From NCBI GenBank assembly GCA_963760235.1, contig CAVXCG010000003.1:267879-331878 (forward strand): a DNA stretch of 64,000 nt. The letters are read 5' to 3'. The translations under genes were made by a program, and so were the position numbers. This document shows, piece by piece, positions 18,885 to 28,573 of the stretch; position 1 is the stretch's first letter; the number at the start of each line of letters is the position of its first letter. The notes below the pieces were generated by a model. That model saw nothing but the letters and a program-made list of their open reading frames with translations. It had not been told where the DNA came from and searched no databases. Source of the DNA: an uncultured Alphaproteobacteria bacterium. GTDB taxonomy: Bacteria; Pseudomonadota; Alphaproteobacteria; Rhizobiales; Xanthobacteraceae.

Positions 18885-19847
18885 CTAGACCGGCGGAAAG
18901 GCGTCGCCGGCCTGCGCCAGCATCTCGCGCGCGCGGCTTGCGTCCTCGTGCATGCACGCGACGAGACTCGTCGAGCGAAGCGAACGTCATTTCCTCGCGC
19001 AGCCAGCCGATGAAGGCGACGTCGATCGTGCGTCCGTAAAGATCGCCGGAAAAATCGAACAGATGAACTTCCAGCAGCACCGCGCCGGTGTCGAACATCG
19101 GGCGCCGGCCGAAGCTTGCCACGCCGTCGCACCGCATTCCGCCAAGCTCGACGCGCACCGCGTAGATGCCGTGGCGCAGACCGCACGCCGCATCGAGCCG
19201 CAGGTTCGCGGTGGGAAAGCCGAGTTCGCGGCCGCGTTTGTCGCCATGAATGACCTCGCCGGTCACGAACCATGGATAGCCGAGGAATTCGGCGGCTTCC
19301 TCGACCCTTCCGGCGGCGAGCGCGGCGCGGATCGGTCCCGAGGAAATCGGGCGGCCGTTTTCCTCAAACGGCGGCACCACATCGACGGCGAAGCCGCAGC
19401 TGTCGTCCTTCGGCGGCGAGGAAATCGGGGGAGCCGGCGCGGCTCATGCCGAAATGGAAGTTGAAGCCGATGACCGCGCCGCGGACGGCGAAGCGGCTGG
19501 ACCAGGATGCGGCGAACGAACTCCTCGGCGGTGAGGTTGGCGAGCGCCGCATCGAAGGTGAGCACGATCGCGCCGTCGAGCCCGGTCGAGGCCAAGAGCC
19601 GCAATTTGGTCGCCTCGTCGGTGAGCCGGAACAGCTTTTCGTCCGGATGGAAGAAGGCGCGCGGATGCGGCTCGAAGGTGAGCGCCGCGGCCGGGCTGCC
19701 GAGCCGGTGGGCGCGCTCCAGCGCGGTGGCGATGACGACCCGGTGGCCGCGATGCACGCCGTCGAAATTGCCGATGGCAACGACCGCGCCGCGCAAGCCA
19801 TCATCGCCCGCGCCGTTGCGCACGATGAGGAAGCTTTTTGTCGGCAT
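18885..19847 (-). pseudogene. ribF: Bifunctional riboflavin kinase / FMN adenylyltransferase, three frameshifts as sequenced
   Basis: The gene is split across ORF 19263..19877 (AVVAIGNFDGVHRGH), ORF 19364..19909 (GAVIGFNFHFG) and ORF 17869..19380 (VTGEVIHGDKRGRELGFPTANL). The last 26 codons (LVACMHEDAS...PPV, stop at 18885) are back in the first phase. Junctions are at about 19497, 19397 and 18966. Confidence 0.85.
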
Positions 19848-20116
19848 CGCCCAGCAATGGTTAAGAAACTGTTGCACGTTAGGTGCCGTCGCGGGCGGCG
19901 CCGAGTCAAGTCGGCCGCCGCCCCCGACAGCGCGGCAGCACTTAGGCTTATGCGGCGGTTAACCCGATGTTCAAACCCGCAATGGTACTTGTTCCATGCG
20001 TCCGGCAGGCATGCCCAGGGGACGACCTGCCTCGATTACCCTTTGCCGACCGATGTCGATTTCGACCGCGGCCGGAGCGCCGGTCCGGCGCGATGCGCGC
20101 CCGGGGAACGAATGCC

Positions 20117-20530
20117 ATGGCTCTCGATCCGTCAATGCCCGTGCTCGTGGTCGACGATTACAGCACCATGATCCGCATTATCCGCAATCTGCTCCGCCAG
20201 CTCGGCTTCGCCGATGTCGATGACGCCAATGACGGCGCCTCGGCACTCGTCAAGATGCGCGGCCGACGCTATGGGCTAGTCATTTCCGACTGGAACATGG
20301 AGCCGATGACCGGCTTCGACCTGCTGCAGCAGGTGCGCGCCGACCCCGGATTCGGCGCCACCCCGTTCATCATGGTCACCGCCGAATCCAAGACCGAGAA
20401 CGTGATCGCGGCGAAGAAAGCGGGCGTGAACAATTACATCGTCAAGCCGTTCAACGCGCAGACGCTCAAGGCCAAGATCGAGGCGGTGTTTGCCGAGAAG
20501 AGCGAGGCGGCTGCGGAAGCCGCCCATTAG
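20117..20530 (+). CDS. Single-domain CheY-like response regulator
   Basis: ATG 20117. The sequence PVLVVDDYSTM...VISDWNMEPMTGFDLL...IMVTAE...YIVKPFNAQTLKAKIE aligns closely by eye with E. coli CheY. Confidence 0.85.
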   Translation: MALDPSMPVLVVDDYSTMIRIIRNLLRQLGFADVDDANDGASALVKMRGRRYGLVISDWNMEPMTGFDLLQQVRADPGFGATPFIMVTAESKTENVIAAKKAGVNNYIVKPFNAQTLKAKIEAVFAEKSEAAAEAAH

Positions 20531-20689
20531 CGGTTCGGCTCGACCGGCACCGACCCTTCGGCTCAAGGGGATTGCGGTGAATAACCGACGCTGACCAGCC
20601 CTGTTCGATGCCTCACGCCGTCACTCGCACCAATCGCTGTTTTTCACGGAAAATGGCGACGTCGAGGCTTCACCTGAGGGCCGCAAGGA

Positions 20690-21586
20690 TCACCACTCCA
20701 GACCGCGAAGGATCGCCTTCGGCGCCACGCCAGCGGCCTTGAACATCGCGTTGAGCGCCGCAACATCGGGCGCCTCGCGCGAGCCGTACTGCTCGGCATG
20801 CAGCGCGGAGGTGACGAAGACGCAATCGAGCCCGAACGACGCCGCGCCGATGAGGTCGGTGCGCACCAAATCGCCGATCGCGAGCACACGCGCAAGCGGC
20901 GGCGGGGGCATCCCACCGCGCAGCGCCGCGGCACGCGCGAGCGCGGCCTCGTAGATCGGGGCGTGCGGCTTGCCGCAATAGAGCACCTCGCCGCCCAAGG
21001 CCGCGTACGCATCGGCCAGCGCGCCGGCGCAATAGACCAGTGTTGCGCCACGTTCCACCACGATATCGGGGTTGGCACACACCATGAACAACGAGCGCGC
21101 GCGGAGCAAACCGAGCAGGTCGCGATAGCTGTCCGGCGTTTCCACGGTGTCGTCGAACAGACCGGAGCAGACCACGTAATCCGCCAACTCGGCGGGCGCG
21201 AAGCGGACATCGAGGCCGGCAAAAATCGGCAGATCGCGCTGCGGGCCGAGATGGAACACACTCTGGCTCAGCCTCGCCTCGACCACGCTGCGCGTCACGT
21301 CGCCGGAACTGACGATCGCGTCATAGGCGTCCCGCGGCACGCCGAGCCGGTCCAGGATGCGCTGGACGGCGTCACCCGGACGCGGCGCATTGGTGATCAG
21401 GACCGCGCTGCCGCCGCCCGCGCGAAATCGCGCCAGCGCCTTGCAGGCGTCCGCGAAAGCCGCCAGGCCATTATGGATGACGCCCCAGACGTCGCAGAAC
21501 AGAACATCGTAATCGCGCGCAAGCGGCGCGAAGTGCTCCGTGAGCGGCACGCCGTTTGCCGACGCAGGGGCGCGATCCAGGGTCAT
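20690..21586 (-). CDS. HAD-superfamily class IIA hydrolase (TIGR01459-like)
   Basis: 298 aa with DVLFCDVWGVIHNG (motif I), ITNAPR and CGKPH...IGD motifs. Confidence 0.75.
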   Translation of the reverse strand: MTLDRAPASANGVPLTEHFAPLARDYDVLFCDVWGVIHNGLAAFADACKALARFRAGGGSAVLITNAPRPGDAVQRILDRLGVPRDAYDAIVSSGDVTRSVVEARLSQSVFHLGPQRDLPIFAGLDVRFAPAELADYVVCSGLFDDTVETPDSYRDLLGLLRARSLFMVCANPDIVVERGATLVYCAGALADAYAALGGEVLYCGKPHAPIYEAALARAAALRGGMPPPPLARVLAIGDLVRTDLIGAASFGLDCVFVTSALHAEQYGSREAPDVAALNAMFKAAGVAPKAILRGLEW

Positions 21587-21607
21587 GGCGAGGCGGGCCG
21601 GCGCGAA

Positions 21608-23164
21608 TCAGCCGCGCCCTGGTCCGGCGCGCAGGAGCTGCGCAAGTGTTCCGCGCGATGGGCCGCCGCGCGCGCCGACGGTGCTCCCACCCGGTGCCGG
21701 CGCGCCGCCGCTCCTGCTGCGCTGGGCGCTGTCGGGCTTCGCCGCCGGTTTGGTCGCCGGCTTGGCCTCCGCCATAGCCTCCTGCTTGCTCTCCGCCTTG
21801 GCCCCTTCGCCATCGGCAGCCTGCAGCGCTTCGGCACGCACCGGCCTCGGCGGAGCGAACAGAAAGCCTTGGCCGAAGCGCACGTCGTAATCGAGCAGAT
21901 CGACCACCGTGCTTTCGTTCTCGATCCGGTCGGCAGCGAGATCGATGCCGAACCGGTTGAGCAGATCGGACAGGTCGGCCGGATGAATGTCGGTGGAGGC
22001 GGCGCCAGCACGGGCGAGCAAAAGCGCCCCCGGCGCCTTGACGAAGCGAAAGCCGCGCTCGCTCAACTCCCGCGGCTCGAGCCTCAGATCGGCGAGGTTG
22101 TCCATGGAAAAGTGGAAGCCGCGCTCCGCAAGCGCGGCAAGGCTCTCGTGCTCCATCGGCCCCATGGCGCGAACCGCGCTCTGGCTGAACTCGAACAGCA
22201 GCGAGGGCGCAATCGCGCGGTTGGCCTCGACAAATTCCAACAGGCGCGGAAATTCGGCGTCCGCCAGCGTCGCGCCGGACAGATTACAGAACAGCCCGAC
22301 CTCGCGGTTCTTGAGCAAGAGGCGCCGGACCACCTGCACGCAACGCAGCACGGTCAGATGGTCGAGCTTCGGCACCAGCGAGCCGGCTTCCGCGTATTTG
22401 AGGAAGTCGGCGGCCGCGATCACATCGCCGTTGTCGGTTTTGAGCCGCGACACCGCTTCATAGAACCGCACCTTGCGCTGCGGCAGCGTTACGATGGGTT
22501 GCAGGTAGAGATCGATATTGCCTGCATCGATGGCGCTGCGGATCAGGGCGATGATGCCATCGCGGTCGAGGCCGTTGAACGCGGCGATTGGCCGCTCGAG
22601 AGCAGGAGGCACAGCAGCGGCCGGGTCGGGTGGAATTGGCGGCGGAGACAGCGCGGCTTCCACCGCGTTCATCGCCGCCTCGGCAGCGGGCTTGTCGCCC
22701 ACCCCGGCAATGCCGCTGGCCGGGGCTTCGATCCTGCCGGCGGGAGTAGCGCGGCCGGCACTGGCGAGCGCCCGCTCATGGGCGGCTGCCGAATCGGCAA
22801 GCTCGTTGACCAGCGCGGAAAGCTCTTCCAGTTCGGCGGCCAATGGCTGGGCGGTCTGCAACGAGCGTTCGATCGCCTGCTCGATTTTGCGGTCCATAGC
22901 GTCAAGCCGCGGGCCGAATTCCGCAACCTGGCGAGCCAGATCGCCTGAACTGCGCGACAGAGTCGAAATCTGCGCGCTCGCTTCGGCGCGGTCGCGCAGC
23001 CGCGCCGAGACCACATTGTAGATCGTCAGCGCGCTCAGCGTACCGAGCGCCGCCAAGCCCAATTCGGCACCGGTAAATGCGAAGCCGAGATAGAGTATGG
23101 CGCCGAGACAAGCGGCGATCAGCGCCATGCAGGCGGCAATGAAGATCGCGCTGATGCGCACCAT
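21608..23164 (-). CDS. Membrane-anchored EAL-domain protein with degenerate catalytic motifs
   Basis: ATG 23164 is preceded by GAGG (ORF-track start 23275). TM segment ISAIFIAACMALIAACLGAILYLGF, then a coiled-coil-like region, then an EAL fold (LQPIV...YEAVSRL...CNLS...GQGFLFAPP). The C-terminal tail is Ala/Lys/Pro-rich. Confidence 0.75.
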   Translation of the reverse strand: MVRISAIFIAACMALIAACLGAILYLGFAFTGAELGLAALGTLSALTIYNVVSARLRDRAEASAQISTLSRSSGDLARQVAEFGPRLDAMDRKIEQAIERSLQTAQPLAAELEELSALVNELADSAAAHERALASAGRATPAGRIEAPASGIAGVGDKPAAEAAMNAVEAALSPPPIPPDPAAAVPPALERPIAAFNGLDRDGIIALIRSAIDAGNIDLYLQPIVTLPQRKVRFYEAVSRLKTDNGDVIAAADFLKYAEAGSLVPKLDHLTVLRCVQVVRRLLLKNREVGLFCNLSGATLADAEFPRLLEFVEANRAIAPSLLFEFSQSAVRAMGPMEHESLAALAERGFHFSMDNLADLRLEPRELSERGFRFVKAPGALLLARAGAASTDIHPADLSDLLNRFGIDLAADRIENESTVVDLLDYDVRFGQGFLFAPPRPVRAEALQAADGEGAKAESKQEAMAEAKPATKPAAKPDSAQRSRSGGAPAPGGSTVGARGGPSRGTLAQLLRAGPGRG

Positions 23165-23375
23165 CCCGGACCTCGTTTTGCCTTGGCGCGGACGATACGC
23201 ACCGGCCTGATTCGCCGTCGTGGTCAGTTTCCAGGGTTGGCGGGCGAGTGTCCACACTTGCCGCGAAGCCGGCACTGCGCCTCTGGTTGCCCCAACCGCG
23301 ATATGTTGACATCAGACCGCTCGCCGCCTCGGCCAAACGCCGCGATTGTGCCATTGTGTGACCTTCGAGGCCCCG

Positions 23376-24938
23376 ATGATCGAAATACCCGATACGGTGC
23401 CGAGGTCCGCGTCGGCCCCGATCCCGGCGGGTGGGCGTGGCCTTCTGGCTCTCATCCGGCAGCGGCCGGGCGCCGCCTTTGGCGCCTTTCTGGCCGTGCA
23501 TTTTGTCGTCTGGACGGCGCTGCCGACGGTGTTCTACCCCAATCTGCCGCTCGATCTCATCGAGGCGCTCACCTACGGCCGCGAATGGGTGCTCGGTTCC
23601 TACAAGCTGCCGCCGCTGCCGTGGTGGCTGGTGGAAATTCTCTACAAGGTGTTCGGGGTGGACGCCGCCTATTACGCTCTCGCCGAGGTGGTGGTGATTA
23701 TCGCATTCGCGCTGGTGTGGGCCGCGGCGCGACCACTCGTCGGAGCGCTGCGCGCCTTCATCGCCATCCTCATCATCGACGGCCTGCATTACACCCAGTA
23801 CACGGCGGCGAAGTTCAATCACGACGTCATTCAGCTGCCGTTCTGGGCGCTCGCCGGCTATGCGTTTCATCGCGCGCTCCGGCGCGGGCGGCTCGGCGAC
23901 TGGCTTCTCCTCGGCTTGGCCTTTGGCGGCGCGGTCTGGGCGAAATATTTCGTCGTGGTTCTGGCCGTGCCGTACGCGCTTTTCCTGTTATGGGACGCCG
24001 AGGCGCGCCGCACCTGGCGCACGCCCGGACCGTGGCTGGGCATGGCGCTCGCGGCCCTCATCGCCAGCCCGCACATGATCTGGCTGATCGAGAATCATTT
24101 CGCGCCATTCACCTACGTCGAGGCGCGCTCGGCCGCGCCGCGTGGCTGGTTCGATCATCTTCTCAATCCGGCCCTGTTCATCGTCGGCCAGCTCTTTTTC
24201 ATGCTGCCGACGCTATTGATCGCCGCAACGTTCATCTGGCCGCGGCCGAACATCTCGATGATTGCGGAGCAGGACTGGCTGCCTCGCGCCGACGCCTTCG
24301 ATCGCCGCATCGTCGCGCTGATCGCCTTCGGTCCGGCGGCGGCGCTGATGGCGGTCATCGTGGCGAGCGGACGCGGCGCCATCACCATGTGGGGCTACCC
24401 GCTGTGGCTGTTTTGCGGGCTGTGGATCGTGCTGTTTCTGCCGAGTCCGCTCGAGACACCGCGGCTCAAGCGCATCATCGCCACCTGGAGCGCCGTTTTC
24501 ATCGCCCTGGCGCTCGCCTTCATCTGCGATTACACCGTGCTGCCGTCCATCGACCACCGCTACCGCGCCGCATTCTTTCCCGGCAGCGAGCTCGCCACGA
24601 TCCTGACGCAGCGCTTCCACGAGGCGAGCGGAGGAAAGAAGCTGGACTACGTGGTCGGTACGACGTGGCTCGGCGGCAACCTCGCGCATTACTCGCCGGA
24701 TCAGCCGCATGTGCTGATCGACGGCCTGCCGCGACGTGCGCCCTGGGTCAATCTCGCCGACCTGCGCGCCAAGGGCGCGGTCCTGCTCTGGGAAGGCCGC
24801 GACCTGCAACACCTGCCGGCGGCATTCGCCGGAATCGCGCCCAACGCGAAGGTCGGCAAGCCGCTGATCCTGCCGGCACGCCGCTTCGGCACCACGATCG
24901 AGCACATCGGCTGGGCGATCCTGCCGCCGCAGCAATAA
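23376..24938 (+). CDS. Glycosyltransferase family 39 (ArnT/PMT-like) membrane protein
   Basis: GAGG then ATG 23376. Polytopic membrane protein with a family-typical N-terminal loop LPLDLIEALTYGREW..GSYKLPPLPWW. Confidence 0.7.
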   Translation: MIEIPDTVPRSASAPIPAGGRGLLALIRQRPGAAFGAFLAVHFVVWTALPTVFYPNLPLDLIEALTYGREWVLGSYKLPPLPWWLVEILYKVFGVDAAYYALAEVVVIIAFALVWAAARPLVGALRAFIAILIIDGLHYTQYTAAKFNHDVIQLPFWALAGYAFHRALRRGRLGDWLLLGLAFGGAVWAKYFVVVLAVPYALFLLWDAEARRTWRTPGPWLGMALAALIASPHMIWLIENHFAPFTYVEARSAAPRGWFDHLLNPALFIVGQLFFMLPTLLIAATFIWPRPNISMIAEQDWLPRADAFDRRIVALIAFGPAAALMAVIVASGRGAITMWGYPLWLFCGLWIVLFLPSPLETPRLKRIIATWSAVFIALALAFICDYTVLPSIDHRYRAAFFPGSELATILTQRFHEASGGKKLDYVVGTTWLGGNLAHYSPDQPHVLIDGLPRRAPWVNLADLRAKGAVLLWEGRDLQHLPAAFAGIAPNAKVGKPLILPARRFGTTIEHIGWAILPPQQ

Positions 24939-24943
24939 GACCT

Positions 24944-26671
24944 TCATTTGCTCCGGAGAGCGGAACGGCGAACCAGGCGCGCTGCCGGCCTGTCGGCGAA
25001 AGCAGCGGCGTTGCGCGGTCCCCTCCTTGGCGAGGCCGCTGGAAACATCTTAACCGCCCTGGCCAGCTCCCGCACCGCCGGACGAATTTGCTGTTCACAG
25101 GTTCCGGCAAAACCGAGCACGAACCCGAACTGCGGCGTCGTGCCGGCGTAGAATTGCGAGAGCGGAGCAGCGTGAATCTGCCGCTGCAGCAGATAGCGGC
25201 TGATCGCAACATCGTCGGCCGGCGCGTGAAGGCGGGCAACGATGTGCAGGCCGACCTCCGGCGTCTCGCCAACGTCCAGCAAAGCGGCGGCTTCACGTCG
25301 CAGCGCCGCCAGCAAGGCGGTCCGCCGGCGCGCGTAGATGGCGCGCACGCGCCGCAGATGCACGGCGAGATGCCCCTCGGCGATGAATCGCGCCAACACG
25401 TGCTGGTCGAGTACCGGAGTTTGCCGGTCGGCAATCAACTTGACGCCCTTGAAACGCTCGACGAGATCGGGCGGCACGACGAGAAATCCCTGCCGCAGTG
25501 CGGGCGCGAGGCTCTTGCTGAATGTCCCGAGATAGATCACACGATTGCTGCGATCCAAGGTATAGAGCGGCGGCAAAGGCGCGCCGGAGTAACGGAATTC
25601 CCCGGCATAATCGTCTTCCAGAATCCACGCATTCGCTGCCTCTGCCCATTCCAACAGCGCCAATCGCCGCGGCAGGCTGAGCGTGACGCCGAGCGGGTAC
25701 TGGTGCGAGGGCGAGACGACGGCAAGCCGCGCCCGTTGCGCCAGCGCAATTCCGGCGGCGACGTCGATGCCGTTGCGGTCGACAGGGACGAAGATCGGTT
25801 CGATCGCCGCCGCTTGAAACACCGCCCGCGCCATCGCATAGCCCGGCTCCTCGATCCACACCCGCTCCTTGCGATCGATCAGCACGCGTGAGGTCAGATC
25901 GATGCCCTGCTGCGAGCCGCTGACGACGATGATTTGTTCGGGATCGCAGGCGATGCCGCGCGCGGTGCCGAGATAGCGCGCGATTGCCTTTCGCAATTCC
26001 AGCGCGCCGCGCGGGTCGCCGTAGCACAGCAGTTCCTGCCGCCGCTCGCGGTAGAGCTTCTGGGTGATGCGGCTCCATATCGGCCAGGGGAATTCGTCCA
26101 CGGCGGGCATGCCAAGCGAGAGCGCAAGCGGCGTGTGCGGCCGGTCGAAAACCGTGTCGGTCCACGGCGCGTTTTTTAGGACCGGCGAACGGACGCTGCC
26201 GCGGCGGACCATCCGCTCCGCCTTGCCGCGAAACACCAACGGTATGCCCTCGGCGACGAAGACGCCGGAGCTGCGGCGCGGCACCAGGTAACCCTCGGCA
26301 ACAAGCCGGTCGTAGGCCTCAACCACCGTGATCCGCGCCACCCCCTGCTCGAGCGCAAGCGCGCGCGAGGACGGAACGCGCGAGCCCGAGCCGAGCCGCC
26401 CGTCGAGTACGGCTTCGCGAAAATAAGCGACAATCTGCTCCTGTAGCGGCACCGCCGAGCACCGGTCGAGCGTGAGCGTGTTCCAAAGCGGCGAGAGCGG
26501 ACGCGCAACGATGGCGATGACCTCCTGAAGGGATCGGTTGTACCGGGTAACTGGACCTACGAAAAGAATGAATCTGGCTCTTGTGGTCAGGGCCGGTTGA
26601 GGTCTCCCCTGGCGACCTTGGAATCCGCATCGGAGCGCGCCAGCGCAAGAGAGGGGTCGTGAAGATTTCAT
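24944..26671 (-). CDS. MocR/PdxR-type regulator (GntR HTH fused to a class-I aminotransferase-like domain)
   Basis: GntR wHTH (PLQEQIVAYFREAVLDGRLGSGSRVPSSRALALEQGVARITVVEAYDRLVAEGYL) followed by a PLP-fold domain. The true start is unresolved: 26671 would overlap the divergent gene, and I saw no nearer ATG/GTG/TTG. Confidence 0.75.
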   Translation of the reverse strand: MKSSRPLSCAGALRCGFQGRQGRPQPALTTRARFILFVGPVTRYNRSLQEVIAIVARPLSPLWNTLTLDRCSAVPLQEQIVAYFREAVLDGRLGSGSRVPSSRALALEQGVARITVVEAYDRLVAEGYLVPRRSSGVFVAEGIPLVFRGKAERMVRRGSVRSPVLKNAPWTDTVFDRPHTPLALSLGMPAVDEFPWPIWSRITQKLYRERRQELLCYGDPRGALELRKAIARYLGTARGIACDPEQIIVVSGSQQGIDLTSRVLIDRKERVWIEEPGYAMARAVFQAAAIEPIFVPVDRNGIDVAAGIALAQRARLAVVSPSHQYPLGVTLSLPRRLALLEWAEAANAWILEDDYAGEFRYSGAPLPPLYTLDRSNRVIYLGTFSKSLAPALRQGFLVVPPDLVERFKGVKLIADRQTPVLDQHVLARFIAEGHLAVHLRRVRAIYARRRTALLAALRREAAALLDVGETPEVGLHIVARLHAPADDVAISRYLLQRQIHAAPLSQFYAGTTPQFGFVLGFAGTCEQQIRPAVRELARAVKMFPAASPRRGPRNAAAFADRPAARLVRRSALRSK

Positions 26672-26679
26672 CCGAACGC

Positions 26680-27166
26680 ATGGCGGTCCTGCGCGAACAT
26701 GTTCGCGCAGAGAGTGAGCATGACATGGACGCCTTGCTCGCCGGCATGACGTCCGACTGTTTCAACGACGTCGTCGGCGCACCGAAACCCTTCGTCGGCC
26801 CGGCGGCAACAGCCGAACGCTATCGCCGACATTGGGAAGGCTTTCCTGATTTCACCGTGCGCGTGCGCCGAATTGTCTGCGCCGATGAATCCTGCGTGGT
26901 GACCGAGAATGAATGGCGCGGCACACATCTCGGTCCCTTTCTGGGATGGCCGGCGACCGGCAAGCCGGTTCGCATGCGCGCAATCGTGGTCTGGCATTTC
27001 AAGGGCGATGACCTGTGGGGCGAGACCGTCTTTTTCGATAATGCGTCGCTGCTCCAGCAGATCGGCGCTGCGATCGAATATCCCGCCGCCCGCGGGCGCG
27101 ATGAAACCTGCAAGCTTCACGCTCGAAGACACTCCGCTCATCGGCCATGGCCGCAAATTCGAGTGA
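26680..27166 (+). CDS. SnoaL-like / ester-cyclase family protein, 3-prime end uncertain
   Basis: MAVLREHVRAESEHDMDALLAGMTSDCFNDVV...NEWRGTHLGPFLGWPATGKPVRMRAIVVWHF. As sequenced the phase runs on to 27360, over the MFS start. A stop at 27166 lies in the next phase, so an indel is possible. Confidence 0.5.
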
Positions 27167-27233
27167 GAGGGAGAGCTCGGCGACGACCCGTCCGAGAAGG
27201 TCGAGCTGAGCGCGACAACCAAGGAGCCGTCCG

Positions 27234-28571
27234 ATGGCACAAGCTGTTGCGGGCACGACCGGCAACGTCTGGTATCGCACGCTCAATTCGACGCAATGGA
27301 AAACGCTGTTGGCGTCGAATCTCGGTTGGGTGTTCGACGGATTCGAGGCTTATGCGCTGATCCTGACGGTCGGCGTCGCTCTGCATCAGCTCCTCGCCCC
27401 GTCGCAATACGCTCACATTCCCACCTACGCCGGCGGCATCATTGCCATGACGCTGATCGGCTGGGCGTTGGGCGGCATCAGCGCCGGAATCATTGCCGAT
27501 TACATCGGGCGCAAGCGCACGATGATTTTCGCCATCCTCACCTACTCGATCATGACCGGGCTGAGCGCCTTGTCGTGGAATTGGGTCTCGTTCGCGGTCA
27601 TCCGCTTTCTCGTCGGACTGGCGATCGGCTCCGAATGGGTCACCGGCACGTCGATGACCGCCGAATTCTGGCCCGATCATGCCCGCGGCCGTGGTGCCGG
27701 TCTGTTCCAGTGCGGCTTCGGCATCGGCTTTTTCCTCGCCGCGCTGGTGTGGCTGTTCGTCAGCGCGATCGGTCCCGGCGCCTGGCGCCTGATGTATCTG
27801 ATCGGCGTGCTGCCGGCGCTGCTGACGTTGTGGATCCGGCGCGCTATTCCCGAATCCGAGATGTGGGTGGAGGCGAACAACCGTCGCCGCGCCGCGAGCA
27901 GACGCAAGCAGGCCGGTGCGACCGTCGCGGCCGACGACGAGGCGCTCACACGCTTTACCCTGACGGAGCTGTTGGTCGCGCCGGCGTTGCGCCGGCGCAC
28001 CATTGTGGCGCTGTTGATGGCAACCGCCTCGGCGGTCGGCTTTTGGGCGATCTCGAGCTGGGTGCCCCCGTTCGTCGCCTCCATCGCCGCCCAGGACGGT
28101 CTGGTCGCGGCGAAATGGGCAAGCTATGCCGGCATGACGTTCACCGCGGGAACGATCGTCGGTTACGTCGGATTCGGCTTTCTTGCCGACGCCTATGGGC
28201 GCAAGCCGATTACGCTGTTGTTCTTCGCGCTGTCGCTCTTGTTCACGCCAGTGCTTTTCCTGTGGACCACGAACGTCTATCTCGTGCTGCTCGCTGCGGC
28301 GCTGCTCGGATGCTTCTCCTCTGGACAGTTCACCTGGATGTCGACGTGGCTGCCTGAACTGTTTCCGACGCAAATGCGCGCGACGGCGACGGGTTTCATC
28401 TTCAACGTCTCGCGCATTCCGGCGGCCTTCGGCGTGCTGATCGCCGGCGCGGTCATTGTGTATTTCGGCGGCTATGGCAATGCCGCGGTGTCGATCGCCA
28501 TGATCTATATCCTGGGACTGGTGACCGGCCCGTTCCTGCCGGAAACCGTCGGACGACCGCTGCCGAAATAG
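27234..28571 (+). CDS. MFS transporter
   Basis: AAGGAG then ATG 27234. 445 aa with about 12 TM segments and the MFS loop motif DYIGRKRT. Confidence 0.85.
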   Translation: MAQAVAGTTGNVWYRTLNSTQWKTLLASNLGWVFDGFEAYALILTVGVALHQLLAPSQYAHIPTYAGGIIAMTLIGWALGGISAGIIADYIGRKRTMIFAILTYSIMTGLSALSWNWVSFAVIRFLVGLAIGSEWVTGTSMTAEFWPDHARGRGAGLFQCGFGIGFFLAALVWLFVSAIGPGAWRLMYLIGVLPALLTLWIRRAIPESEMWVEANNRRRAASRRKQAGATVAADDEALTRFTLTELLVAPALRRRTIVALLMATASAVGFWAISSWVPPFVASIAAQDGLVAAKWASYAGMTFTAGTIVGYVGFGFLADAYGRKPITLLFFALSLLFTPVLFLWTTNVYLVLLAAALLGCFSSGQFTWMSTWLPELFPTQMRATATGFIFNVSRIPAAFGVLIAGAVIVYFGGYGNAAVSIAMIYILGLVTGPFLPETVGRPLPK

Positions 28572-28573
28572 TC

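Noticed and set aside
14355-19500. Programmed ribosomal frameshifting as an explanation for the ileS and ribF phase changes.
   Set aside because: I saw no slippery heptamer or downstream structure at the junctions. There are multiple shifts per gene in unrelated genes, and no precedent for these families. Indels (artefactual or real) are far more parsimonious.
27104-27166. A short ORF MKPASFTLEDTPLIGHGRKFE as an independent leader peptide upstream of the MFS gene.
   Set aside because: It has no ribosome-binding site. It is more simply explained as the out-of-phase or true 3-prime end of the SnoaL-like gene. It is too short to evaluate.
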